Shown here: piece by piece, positions 1 to 9,705 of the stretch
How the letters are laid out: every line of letters begins with the position of its first letter
How positions within the stretch are numbered: position 1 is the stretch's first letter
Assembly (NCBI GenBank): GCA_030647205.1
Contig: JAUSJO010000006.1
Location: forward strand, 11,163 to 75,162
Length of the DNA: 64,000 nt
Origin: a bacterium
GTDB lineage: Bacteria; Patescibacteriota; CPR2; UBA1875; JAJYID01
Reading direction: 5' to 3'
Program-made: the position numbers and the translations under genes
The notes under the pieces: model-generated
What the model saw: the letters and a program-made list of their open reading frames with translations, nothing else
Database searches by the model: none
What the model was told of the DNA's origin: nothing

Positions 1-688
<688 letters not shown>

Positions 689-694
689 TTAATT

Positions 695-1042
695 TTAGTT
701 AATATCTATGTATAAATTGCACTCATGACAATGGTAGTCTCCCCCACCTAAATCCTTCATTCTTAATGCAACCTTATCTTTATCCCAACAATGAGGGCAA
801 AATGGCCCCTCCTTTGTTTCTTCTCCATCCTCAACTCTATTGATCCAATAACAACCGTGATCAAATTCTAAACTATTTTTTAACTCTAAATCTTCCTTTA
901 GTTTTCTGTTTTCTTTTTTTAATTCATAATTACTATCCTGCATCTCATTCATCTTTGCTTGCATCTCCAAAACCTGTTGATACAGCTCTATTTTCCCTGC
1001 TTCCTGTAATACTTTTCCGATTGTTTTAATGTCTATTCCCAT
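695..1042 (-). CDS. Hypothetical coiled-coil protein with C-terminal zinc ribbon
   Basis: 115 aa ORF with SD; heptad-rich N-terminus; CPHC...CHEC. Confidence 0.75.
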   Translation of the reverse strand: MGIDIKTIGKVLQEAGKIELYQQVLEMQAKMNEMQDSNYELKKENRKLKEDLELKNSLEFDHGCYWINRVEDGEETKEGPFCPHCWDKDKVALRMKDLGGGDYHCHECNLYIDIN

Positions 1043-1130
1043 TCTTTCTCCTTTTCTTGGCCTTTTGACCAGTTAATTTGTTTCCGTAATAATATACGCT
1101 AAAACGCCAAGAATTTTTCTAAAAAAGTTG

Positions 1131-1646
1131 CTATTTTGCCAATTTTACCTTGGCATACCTTAAAACCTTATCTTTATATATGTATCCGGGTTCGTATTCT
1201 TCTATAATCTCATTCGACTTCTTGCCTTTTGCCGGTTCCATGTGAATGGCTTCGTGCAGATTCGGGTCAAACATTTGCCCAACAGTTGGAATTCGGTTAA
1301 TCCCCATCTCATTCATCTTCGCTACGAACTGCTTCTCTACCGCTAGCATCCCTTGCGCCCATTCATTGCCCTCCAGTTCCTTCGGGAAATGGTTCCGCGC
1401 CCGTTCAAAGTTATCAAATACTTCAAGCAAATCTTTAATCGTCTCTAGCTTACCGTAATCAATCAGCTCCGCCTTCTCCTTCTCTACACGTTGTCTGTAA
1501 TTTATAAAGTCGGCCTGCGCCCGCTGAAGCATTTCTTTCAAGGCATTATTCTCTGCCTGAAGTTCCCCGGTTTTGTCATTCCCGTGAAGACGGGAATCCA
1601 GTCGGTCTTCCTTCTTGCCTTTATCTTTCTTATTTTTTTCCTTCAT
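1131..1646 (-). CDS. grpE: Nucleotide exchange factor GrpE
   Basis: RAQADFINYRQR, FDPNLHEA, GYIYKDKVLRYAKV motifs; sits between hrcA and dnaK. Confidence 0.97.
   Translation of the reverse strand: MKEKNKKDKGKKEDRLDSRLHGNDKTGELQAENNALKEMLQRAQADFINYRQRVEKEKAELIDYGKLETIKDLLEVFDNFERARNHFPKELEGNEWAQGMLAVEKQFVAKMNEMGINRIPTVGQMFDPNLHEAIHMEPAKGKKSNEIIEEYEPGYIYKDKVLRYAKVKLAK
1575..1601. repeat. REP-like palindrome GTCATTCCCG-N-CGGGAATCCAG inside grpE
   Basis: gtcattcccgtgaagacgggaatccag; same family at 1705 and 28010. Confidence 0.85.
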
Positions 1647-1704
1647 ACTTTTGTCTCTCTTAATCTATTTAAATTTCTATATCTAACTGTTCTACATTGT
1701 TTGT

Positions 1705-1731
1705 CTGGATTCCCGCCTCCGCGGGAATGAC
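1705..1731. repeat. REP-like palindrome (inverted copy)
   Basis: ctggattcccgcctccgcgggaatgac. Confidence 0.85.
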
Positions 1732-1747
1732 AGTGGTGGGGGTTATT

Positions 1748-1854
1748 TGTCATTTCGACCGACACCACGCTAGTGGCGAGTGGAGAAATCCCTTTCCCTA
1801 TGTCTTTAAGGGATCCCTCGGCTTGTCCTTAGCAGGAAGTCGCTCGGGATGACA
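1748..1854. repeat. Composite GTCAT...ATGAC-ended repeat pair
   Basis: tgtcatttcgaccgac...gagtggagaaatccctttccct is nearly identical to 29808-29858; closes with cgctcgggatgaca. Confidence 0.8.
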
Positions 1855-1864
1855 GAACTAATTA

Positions 1865-2575
1865 TTAAACACTCAATTCACTCTCCAACAAATCCCGTGT
1901 TCTAAGTACCAGCGGTATTACCCTCTCATACGACATTCTAGTCGGTCCCAACACTCCGAGATACCCCCTTGTATTCTGAGGCAGCTGGACCCTAGAAACT
2001 ATCAGTGAACATCCGGCTGCTTTTCCTACAGGCGACTCGTTTCCTATTAAAACCATGAAATCCTTGGCTTTAGGCAGTTCCCGCAGTAATCCCTGTAAAT
2101 TATCTATCATATCTGCAACTCTGAGCACCTTATCGTTATCAAAGAATTCGGGTTGGCGAAAGAGATTTGCAAGACCATGAGAATATATCTCCTGACCCAT
2201 GGATGAAATGGCCACATTTCTGGTCATATCGGCAAGTGCCATAGCTGCCATGTCAAATCTGCGTTCAAAGTGCGAATGCATCGCCGCGATTCTACGCTCA
2301 AGGATATCTTCCTCACGCTTTGACACTTCCTTCTCTTCCTTCTGCACCATATCTACGAAGTAGCGGTAGCCCTTCTCAGTCGGAACTCGCCCGGCCGAGG
2401 TATGCGGGTGCATAATATAGCCATTCTCTTCCAGCAAAGCCATCTCAGCACGAATCGTGGCTGACGAGTAAGGAAATGAATACTTCTTCACCAAAGTCAA
2501 AGAACCTACCGGCTCCGCCGTACTCACATACTCTCTAACTATGGCCTCAAGGATAGCCTCACGCCTACTGGTCAT
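1865..2575 (-). CDS. hrcA: Heat-inducible transcription repressor HrcA (short form)
   Basis: [53 protein letters not shown]. Confidence 0.96.
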   Translation of the reverse strand: MTSRREAILEAIVREYVSTAEPVGSLTLVKKYSFPYSSATIRAEMALLEENGYIMHPHTSAGRVPTEKGYRYFVDMVQKEEKEVSKREEDILERRIAAMHSHFERRFDMAAMALADMTRNVAISSMGQEIYSHGLANLFRQPEFFDNDKVLRVADMIDNLQGLLRELPKAKDFMVLIGNESPVGKAAGCSLIVSRVQLPQNTRGYLGVLGPTRMSYERVIPLVLRTRDLLESELSV

Positions 2576-2697
2576 AAATCGCTCCGTAAATATGGGACTA
2601 GCGGTGATTTATAGTGATTTGTTGTGACTAGTTGTTTGACAATCAATCCCAATTAATCCCTATGAGCCACTACTTAACCCCCGCACCGTGATTGCTA

Positions 2698-2724
2698 TTA
2701 GCACTCTCGGTGTCCGAGTGCCAA
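2698..2724. promoter_or_regulatory. CIRCE operator
   Basis: TTAGCACTC-N9-GAGTGCCAA, one mismatch to consensus, upstream of hrcA. Confidence 0.93.
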
Positions 2725-2727
2725 ACA

Positions 2728-2757
2728 AATATACCAAATCCCCAACCGGCTTGTCAA
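2728..2757 (-). promoter_or_regulatory. sigma70 promoter of hrcA operon
   Basis: TTGACA-18-TATATT with TG extension, just upstream of the CIRCE. Confidence 0.7.
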
Positions 2758-2807
2758 GAGATAATTTGTCTACTTGTTAGAATTTATAAAGAATTTATAA
2801 TTGTTTT

Positions 2808-3800
2808 ATGACTAAAGAAAATTCAAAAAATACCAAGAAAGAGCCATTATCAGTTTGCCTAGCTATATTGGGTAAATTTACATTGCCACCAGGAGTTCAG
2901 ATAATTAAAATCAAGGACTTCGAGATTGATTGCTTAATAAGCTACTCTTTCTCTTCGAATATAACATTTCAGGGTATGAAGTTAGAGCTAGAAACAGCAG
3001 ATTGCACAATTTTTAACCTTGAGCATAAAAACCACACCCAGAATGATCTTAAGCGAGTTATAAATACAGAAAAAATACTAGAGAAATCTCTTATGGCAGT
3101 CAGTGAGTTAGCACTTTGGTCAAAAGCAAAAGATTCTGCTCAAAAAATCACTCCTTACATAAGGCAGGTTGGAAGAGCCGATGTTAAATATTTTTTTACA
3201 ACAACCATGGATAGAGAATTAATCCTCTGGAAAAACGAACTATATTGGCAAAATATAGCTGGTATGCAATTATTGAGTGGCTTCCTCGGTAATATGGTAG
3301 TTACTAACGGACCCTCCACTAGCCCTCTGCCTTCTTCAACGCGGCGAATCTTAGGATCGCTAGATTTAATAAATCTAGGATTCTACTCCGAGTCATTTAT
3401 AACATCTTTTGCATTATTAGATGATTTACTGCAGGAAACTATAAAAGCCGGTTTGAAAAAGAAGAAGATGAGCAAGGATGAACAGGAAGCTTTGATACGG
3501 GGCATAAAAGAAAATAGATTAGCAATTTTTCTGAGCAGTGTTTTAAAGCTTTGTGGGTGGGTTAGCCTCGAAGAAGAGAATAAAGAATTATTTGCTCAAT
3601 TGAAGAAAGTTAATACAATACGTAATAATATTATGCATGGCTCCGCTCTTCTATCGAGAGAGGATGCATTAAAAAGCATTGGAACAATCTTGGATGTTAT
3701 CTTATTTTTAAAATCAAACCCCTTTGATTACATAATTGAAGATTTTCCCCCTCTAAATATCATTCAGCCAAAATTTTATAAAATTCCTAAAAGTAAATAA
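2808..3800 (+). CDS. Hypothetical protein with probable C-terminal HEPN domain
   Basis: 330 aa, AT-rich; helical C-terminus with Rx4H motif RNNIMH. Confidence 0.6.
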   Translation: MTKENSKNTKKEPLSVCLAILGKFTLPPGVQIIKIKDFEIDCLISYSFSSNITFQGMKLELETADCTIFNLEHKNHTQNDLKRVINTEKILEKSLMAVSELALWSKAKDSAQKITPYIRQVGRADVKYFFTTTMDRELILWKNELYWQNIAGMQLLSGFLGNMVVTNGPSTSPLPSSTRRILGSLDLINLGFYSESFITSFALLDDLLQETIKAGLKKKKMSKDEQEALIRGIKENRLAIFLSSVLKLCGWVSLEEENKELFAQLKKVNTIRNNIMHGSALLSREDALKSIGTILDVILFLKSNPFDYIIEDFPPLNIIQPKFYKIPKSK

Positions 3801-3882
3801 TCAAAATTAAAACCCCCAAGCACTTAAATTAAGTATTGGACAGGCGCTAATTAAAAACAAAGCAAAAGGGTTCTATTTTTGG

Positions 3883-4257
3883 CTAGTTTTCTAGAACATC
3901 TTGCATCGGGCCGAAGTAGTAGTCATCCCAGCCGGCGTCGATATCGGTAACTTCATCCTCCGGCACATCGGTTTGTGAGAAATTTATAGTGGTTTTCCCG
4001 CATCTTGTACTGAGCTCAAAAGTAACCTTTGAAGGCTTATCCCATTTCCCGCCATACCAGTCTTGAACCAGCTTCTTTTCTGGAATTACCTCTGTGTTTT
4101 TACCATAAATGTCCCCGCCCCAGAGAGAGAACTCTGTTCCAACCTGATCATCCATTATAGCCGGGCTTCCGCTCCACTCTTTGATAACTTGCGGATCAAC
4201 CAGCGCCTTCCAGACTTCGCCTATCGGCGCATTGTATTTATACTGTTTTGTAATCAT
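3883..4257 (-). CDS. SRPBCC/AHSA1-like domain protein
   Basis: APIGEVWKALVDP...KLVQDW...GWDDYYF pattern. Confidence 0.88.
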   Translation of the reverse strand: MITKQYKYNAPIGEVWKALVDPQVIKEWSGSPAIMDDQVGTEFSLWGGDIYGKNTEVIPEKKLVQDWYGGKWDKPSKVTFELSTRCGKTTINFSQTDVPEDEVTDIDAGWDDYYFGPMQDVLEN

Positions 4258-4323
4258 AGATCTATATTATATATAAAAAAGCAGCTTAACACTGTGCAAC
4301 TTAACAAAAATACCATGACAAAA

Positions 4324-4342
4324 GGGCGCCGATACGGCGCCC
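4324..4342 (-). terminator. Intrinsic terminator hairpin
   Basis: gggcgccg-ata-cggcgccc with flanking A/T runs, downstream of 4366..4839. Confidence 0.7.
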
Positions 4343-4365
4343 CCTCTTTGCTACCCTCTAGCCAG

Positions 4366-4839
4366 TTAAATCTTCAACTGGCCCTCTTCAACCTCTTTCT
4401 CAAGCCACTGCTGGCCGGGATCGAGGTTTTTGTATCTCATTTCCTCCCGGTCCAGCTCTTCCATGAGCCGATCCAGTTCTTCCAGAGAAGGACTGGGATA
4501 ATCCAGGTCTGGAATCTTCAGCCCCTCCGGAGGCAGAGGTGCATCAGGAGGCAGATCTTCCGAACCCGAAGGATCGAAAAGCCCCGTCGGAGGATAAGAC
4601 ATCTCTGGCATTGGAGGCTCCGATAGCGCTATGTCTCCGGGGTCGTCCAACGACCTCATGAAATCGATGCCTTCATCGTACCCATCGATGTGGCCAAGCG
4701 CATATGCCCCAAAGAGGCACATGAAGGCAACGAAAGTGAAAGAAACCACCAATGTTATCTTGTCCACAAGGCTAAATTTTTCGTTGTCTGTCAATGTTAT
4801 CTTATCTACAGGGCTCGATTTTTCGTTGTCTGTTTCCAA
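4366..4839 (-). CDS. Hypothetical single-TM protein with acidic Pro-rich tail
   Basis: One hydrophobic helix; own promoter and terminator. Confidence 0.7.
   Translation of the reverse strand: METDNEKSSPVDKITLTDNEKFSLVDKITLVVSFTFVAFMCLFGAYALGHIDGYDEGIDFMRSLDDPGDIALSEPPMPEMSYPPTGLFDPSGSEDLPPDAPLPPEGLKIPDLDYPSPSLEELDRLMEELDREEMRYKNLDPGQQWLEKEVEEGQLKI
4750..4833. repeat. 42-bp tandem duplication
   Basis: Encodes TDNEKSSPVDKITL / TDNEKFSLVDKITL. Confidence 0.9.
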
Positions 4840-4914
4840 CTAATCCCCTTCCATAGTTTTGCATTATCAAAGATAACCTGAAAACTGACTATATTTTCGC
4901 CTCGATACTTAAGA

Positions 4915-4968
4915 GGGTTATTCAAGGTTCATGGCGGATATTATACATCAGATACTCGCTTTTGTCAA
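4915..4968 (-). promoter_or_regulatory. Consensus sigma70 promoter followed by boxA-like motif
   Basis: TTGACA-17-TATAAT, then GAACCTTGAATAA. Confidence 0.75.
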
Positions 4969-5048
4969 TGGTTTTACGCATATGCTATTTGTATAATAGC
5001 CCAAACTCCCTTAACTCATAGCTCAATTTAGTGTAAAATGTACTGGCT

Positions 5049-6281
5049 ATGCAAGGAAAAAATATTTTGGTTATAGGCGGAGGAGCTTCAGGAATGATGG
5101 CGGCCATATCGGCGCTTGAAAACGGGGCTTCGGTTACTATTGCCGAAAAAGAAAACCGCCTTGGCAAGAAAGTGCTAGTTACGGGAAATGGCCGTTGCAA
5201 CGTGACAAATATGAATATCACGGCCGAAAACTATCATGGGGCAAATCCCCTTCTCACAAACAACATCTTCGCCCAGTTTGATAATAAACAAACTATCAGC
5301 TTTTTTAATAATCTTGGCGTGGTCACAAAGGTCGAGGAAAGAGGCCGGGTATTTCCTATGTCCGACCAAGCTTCGAGTGTTGTCGATATCCTCACCCACC
5401 GCCTGAAAGATCTCGGGGCAAAAATAATTTATGAAACAAAAGTTGAGGATATAAAAAAGATAGGTGACGAATTCAAAGTTAGATTTAGCAACAATACGGA
5501 AGCAGCTTTTGATAGAGTCGTCATCGCGGCCGGTGGAAAAGCAATGCCGGCCTTAGGCTCTGACGGGTCCGGATATACGTTGTCCGAATCTCTCGGTCAC
5601 ACAGTAACTCCCACTTGGCCTTCGCTAGTCCAGCTGCGACTGGAAGGAGGTTTCTTTAATGAAATAAAAGGCGTGAAAATAGATGGCTCTGCAGCCTTGG
5701 TGGCTAACGATAAGGCTGTCGCAAAGGAATCCGGAGAAATTCTTTTTACTCACTACGGCGTGTCCGGTCCGGCCATTTTGAAGCTAAGCCGGAAAGCTAA
5801 AGAGCACATTGTAGCCGGTGAAAAAGTTACCTTAAGGCTAACACTTCTGAATGGGCTTGATGAAGAAAAATTAGATAAATTCCTTGCAGATAGATTTAAC
5901 ATGCTACATAAAAAAGCAATAAAAACCAGCTTCCTAGGATTCCTGCAAAAACGCCTGATTCCAGAAGTCTTGAAGGCTGCGCAAATAGAAAATGCCGATA
6001 AAAAATGTGCTGAAATATCTGCAAATGAAAGAAAAAATATTGTCAAAACTCTCTTAGCCTGGGATTTTCCGGTCATAGATACCAACTCGTTCAAAGATGC
6101 TCAGGTAACAGCAGGCGGTGTAAATACAAATGAAGTTGACGCCAAAACATTAGAGTCAAAGATAGTCCCCGGTTTGTACTTCTGCGGAGAAGTTCTCGAC
6201 ATCGACGGTGACTCCGGCGGATATAACCTGCAATTTGCATGGTCCAGCGGATATATTGCCGGCAGAAGCGCGACAAAATAG
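5049..6281 (+). CDS. HI0933/YhiN family NAD(P)/FAD-dependent oxidoreductase
   Basis: GGGASG, GKKVLVTGNGRCNVTN, AQVTAGGV, GEVLDIDGDSGGYNLQFAWSSG. Confidence 0.93.
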   Translation: MQGKNILVIGGGASGMMAAISALENGASVTIAEKENRLGKKVLVTGNGRCNVTNMNITAENYHGANPLLTNNIFAQFDNKQTISFFNNLGVVTKVEERGRVFPMSDQASSVVDILTHRLKDLGAKIIYETKVEDIKKIGDEFKVRFSNNTEAAFDRVVIAAGGKAMPALGSDGSGYTLSESLGHTVTPTWPSLVQLRLEGGFFNEIKGVKIDGSAALVANDKAVAKESGEILFTHYGVSGPAILKLSRKAKEHIVAGEKVTLRLTLLNGLDEEKLDKFLADRFNMLHKKAIKTSFLGFLQKRLIPEVLKAAQIENADKKCAEISANERKNIVKTLLAWDFPVIDTNSFKDAQVTAGGVNTNEVDAKTLESKIVPGLYFCGEVLDIDGDSGGYNLQFAWSSGYIAGRSATK

Positions 6282-6947
6282 CTAAAGATATTTGACCGCA
6301 TCAAGCCAGCCGGAAAGTTCAGACTGGTTTTGGACATAACCTCGGTAATCTATAGCCGTGCCTTTATGAATTCCCAAATGCAGATGCTTTCGTTCTCCTG
6401 ACGAATATTCACTATTTGCTGGCGCTAAGATAGCAACTTTATCACTAGCTTTGACCTCCAAGCCTAGAGAAACTTGCGACTGTCTGATATTTATATGTCC
6501 ATACAAGACGGTGACCGGCTGGTTTTTTATCGTGCAATCTTGAACTATTACACCCCCATAACCTTGAACTATTTCTTTAACGCGTATTTTCCCCGTACAG
6601 ACGGCGTAGACCGAAACATCTATACCAGCCTCCACAGAGGTAGTTTCAAAGTCTGTGCCGGTATGATAACCGGCGAACTTTTCCGGCTGGACAGGTGAAG
6701 TTTGAGGAGTAATGTATATACCGAACGGTTTTTTTGTAATTCTCGACTGCGCATCCGTAAGAGGCTGCATGAAGATCGGTTTCGGGGGCTGAGGCTGAAC
6801 TGTGTTTTGCTCTTTCGAAGTTTCACTTGGTTGACTGGGAATCTTCGTTTGTTTTGGATAATTTAAGACAGCAATAAAGGCTACTGCTATCAAGATAATA
6901 ACAATCATGCCAGCTGCAAAAAATTTATTTTTAAAAATATCCTTCAT
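6282..6947 (-). CDS. M23 family metallopeptidase, membrane anchored
   Basis: HTGTD, YGH, HLHLG zinc motifs; N-terminal TM helix. Confidence 0.88.
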   Translation of the reverse strand: MKDIFKNKFFAAGMIVIILIAVAFIAVLNYPKQTKIPSQPSETSKEQNTVQPQPPKPIFMQPLTDAQSRITKKPFGIYITPQTSPVQPEKFAGYHTGTDFETTSVEAGIDVSVYAVCTGKIRVKEIVQGYGGVIVQDCTIKNQPVTVLYGHINIRQSQVSLGLEVKASDKVAILAPANSEYSSGERKHLHLGIHKGTAIDYRGYVQNQSELSGWLDAVKYL

Positions 6948-7057
6948 ACTTACTTATTCTACAATAGTTTGAATATTAAATTTCAGGCAAAAATACAAAA
7001 AAAGCCGGCGGGCTTTCCGAAATGAATCGGAAAATCCCGCCGCTAGTGCCATATTTT

Positions 7058-8206
7058 TTAGCCCATGGCTTGAGCCTTTCCTTCTGCTTCTGCCTCCGCT
7101 TCTTCGTACTCCCTTTCGAGAGTCATCATCAGTTCATGTACGGAGATAATCTCCGTTGCGCGCCAGGCGTTGACTCCTGCAAAAGCAAAACCATGCTTGA
7201 ACTTCCCCTTTTGCGCGCTTATTAGCACTGAAAAAATGCAGTAGGGACCTTTGTCTTGCTTGCAAGTCTTGACGCAGTGGACGGGGCAGACATCGGGGCT
7301 CGTCTTGACCTCCGGGTCGTTTATCTTGTCTACAAACTCGTTGCGGACTACCCGTCCATACATCCCCACGGGACTCAAGGTTAGTACAATATCCTCCTCT
7401 TTAGTATCTATATAGGTTTGGGGAAATCTTTCATTTGCGTCACATTCCTTGGTGGTAACAAAACGCGTGCCCATCTGAACACCGCTGGCTCCAGCACGCA
7501 TGATCCTTGAAATGTCCTCACCACTCCAGATACCACCTGCAGCGAAGACTGGGATGTTGATACTATTTCTGTCAATCCCGTATTCATCACAAAAAGAATC
7601 AATCGCCCCAAGTACTTCCACGACAAGTTTGTCCAAGGCATACTCTGGATTATCCTTCGGATCTGGATACTCCTCTGACGGCTTAAAGCCAATATGCCCA
7701 CCTGCCATCGGCCCTTCCACGACAAAGGCGTCAGGAAGACGCTCGTCGTGATGTCTCCACCAACTCTTCATGATAAGCCTCGCTACACGTCCAGACGACA
7801 CAATCGGTATCAACGCCGTATGACTGTTGTCGCCCGCAAGTTCTGGCAAGTCTAGTGGAAGTCCGGCCCCGGCAATGATGAAATCGATGCCTTCATCAAT
7901 ACCTGTTTTGACCATATCAGCATAGTTTGACAGTGCTACCATTACATTGATGCCGATCTTACCTTTCGTAAGCTTACGCGCTTTGCGTATCTCCTTCCTG
8001 AGCGCACGGATACTAGCCTCAGTGTAGTTAGAACGGAAATCCGGTTCATTAAAGGCAATGGCGGCAGCGGCAATCACACCGATACCTCCCTCGTTGGCAA
8101 CCGCAGAAGCAAGCCCAGAGAGAGAAATGCCAACACCCATACCTCCTTGAATAAGCGCCTTCTTGACCTTGTGCTTTCTTACTTGGACTTCGGGTATTCC
8201 AGTCAC
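7058..8206 (-). CDS. Nitronate monooxygenase/FabK/FabX family flavoprotein
   Basis: IQGGMGVG, EGPMAGGH, AAGGI, GVQMGTRF; C-terminal CxxxCxxxC-x7-C. Confidence 0.9.
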   Translation of the reverse strand: MTGIPEVQVRKHKVKKALIQGGMGVGISLSGLASAVANEGGIGVIAAAAIAFNEPDFRSNYTEASIRALRKEIRKARKLTKGKIGINVMVALSNYADMVKTGIDEGIDFIIAGAGLPLDLPELAGDNSHTALIPIVSSGRVARLIMKSWWRHHDERLPDAFVVEGPMAGGHIGFKPSEEYPDPKDNPEYALDKLVVEVLGAIDSFCDEYGIDRNSINIPVFAAGGIWSGEDISRIMRAGASGVQMGTRFVTTKECDANERFPQTYIDTKEEDIVLTLSPVGMYGRVVRNEFVDKINDPEVKTSPDVCPVHCVKTCKQDKGPYCIFSVLISAQKGKFKHGFAFAGVNAWRATEIISVHELMMTLEREYEEAEAEAEGKAQAMG

Positions 8207-8355
8207 TAGAATCAGCTCCTCATACTTTGTGAAGGAAACATTGGAAAATATTTATCAATGAGCTCGCACTCATTCAAAAGAATTGTGCAAAAAAATAGCT
8301 GAAAGCAAACCCTCAGCAAGTTGTATTATACATTAAACTATAAAAAATGGAAGCT

Positions 8356-9594
8356 CTAGTCCTTAGTCAGCTGCTCTATGACTTTCAACTCATCGCGAAG
8401 AAGCCGTGGCAAAAGGAAATTTTGCCGGACAACTTCTCTGCCTTTTTTGCCCATTTCATGAGCAATATCTTTATTTTGAATCAAATAAACTATTTTTTCA
8501 GCGCACTCTTCCTTTGAGTTAACTAAAAATCCGGTCTTGCCGTCTTCAATCTGCGTTGGTATCCCGCCGACATTACCACCAATCACAGGAGTTTCCTTCC
8601 AGAGAGCCTCCGAGACGGTCAAACCAAAGCCTTCTTTTGTAGACTTCTGCATAATAACATCAGAGTAAGTCTGGAAAGCATTCACCTCCAGGTCGTGTAC
8701 CCCGTCTTGGTTTGACAACAAAAAGATATCTTTATCACCGCTTGCATGTCTTTTGACTTCTTTAAATATTTGTTCTCCTTCCGGGTCATCATCCGCCATA
8801 GATCCAATCATAACCAGCTGTAGATTTGGAACCTTTGCTTTAGCTATTTTGTAAGATTCAACCACGCCAATCGGGTCTTTCCACGGATCAAAACGAGAAA
8901 CTTGGGTAGCTATCGGTCGAGTCGTGTCTACGCCAAACCTTTCGACTATTTTCTTTGCTTCTTTGCGGTTCATCAGCCTGTTTTTCTCACTAAGCGCATC
9001 TATCGCCGGCGGAATTATGAATATATTTTTATCCATCCCCTTTAATACGTAATCTGCCATTGTAAATATAGAAGCATCATACATATCAAGAAATTTCAAG
9101 AAGTAGTCGGCCACTTTCTGGTTCGGCTCCGACGTATCTATGTGGCACCTCCAAACCCACTTGGCGCCGTTTTTGCCGATACAGTTTATGATCTCAGCAG
9201 GCTGCGGATCGTGGATAAAGAAGACGTCATAGTCGCTCGGGTTTATTTGTTTAATCTGGTCAATGTTGCAGCTTGAGTAGACCTGCCACTCTTTGTCGGA
9301 GATTGTCAAAGGATTGCCTTGGAGCGCATTATGTATTTTTTTTGTAACATCAAAGAATGCCGGGTAAGCCGATATGGTTTTCCAATCAAATTTAAGATCT
9401 AAACTTTTTGCAAGAGGAATTTCCTTTTGAAGTATCTCTGCCACACCTCCGCCATAAGAGGTTGCGTTCACATGGCAGACCCTCACGTCACGAAGTTTTT
9501 GTGCAAGCTCATGAATCTCATCAAAAAGAGAGTCGTCGATGACTCCTTTGTAATCTTCTATAACAACGCTTGGTTTTGTTACAACACTTATCAT
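8356..9594 (-). CDS. treT: TreT-like GT4 glycosyltransferase (trehalose synthase)
   Basis: GGGVAEIL, HDPQP, WRCHID, QVSRFDPWKDP, EGFGLTVSEALWK. Confidence 0.88.
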   Translation of the reverse strand: MISVVTKPSVVIEDYKGVIDDSLFDEIHELAQKLRDVRVCHVNATSYGGGVAEILQKEIPLAKSLDLKFDWKTISAYPAFFDVTKKIHNALQGNPLTISDKEWQVYSSCNIDQIKQINPSDYDVFFIHDPQPAEIINCIGKNGAKWVWRCHIDTSEPNQKVADYFLKFLDMYDASIFTMADYVLKGMDKNIFIIPPAIDALSEKNRLMNRKEAKKIVERFGVDTTRPIATQVSRFDPWKDPIGVVESYKIAKAKVPNLQLVMIGSMADDDPEGEQIFKEVKRHASGDKDIFLLSNQDGVHDLEVNAFQTYSDVIMQKSTKEGFGLTVSEALWKETPVIGGNVGGIPTQIEDGKTGFLVNSKEECAEKIVYLIQNKDIAHEMGKKGREVVRQNFLLPRLLRDELKVIEQLTKD

Positions 9595-9705
9595 ATTTTC
9601 AGTATAACAAATTCAAAATGCTTAGCAAGAACTGTATTTTTAAATGCAAAAAGGAGAGCTGACTGTATCTAAAAAGATTTTCTGAAATCTCTCCCTCTTT
9701 TCCGC

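Noticed and set aside
1025-1055. Similarity of the inserted gene's start (MGID) to the dnaK start (MGKIIGID) as a target duplication
   Set aside because: Match too short and degenerate to distinguish from chance
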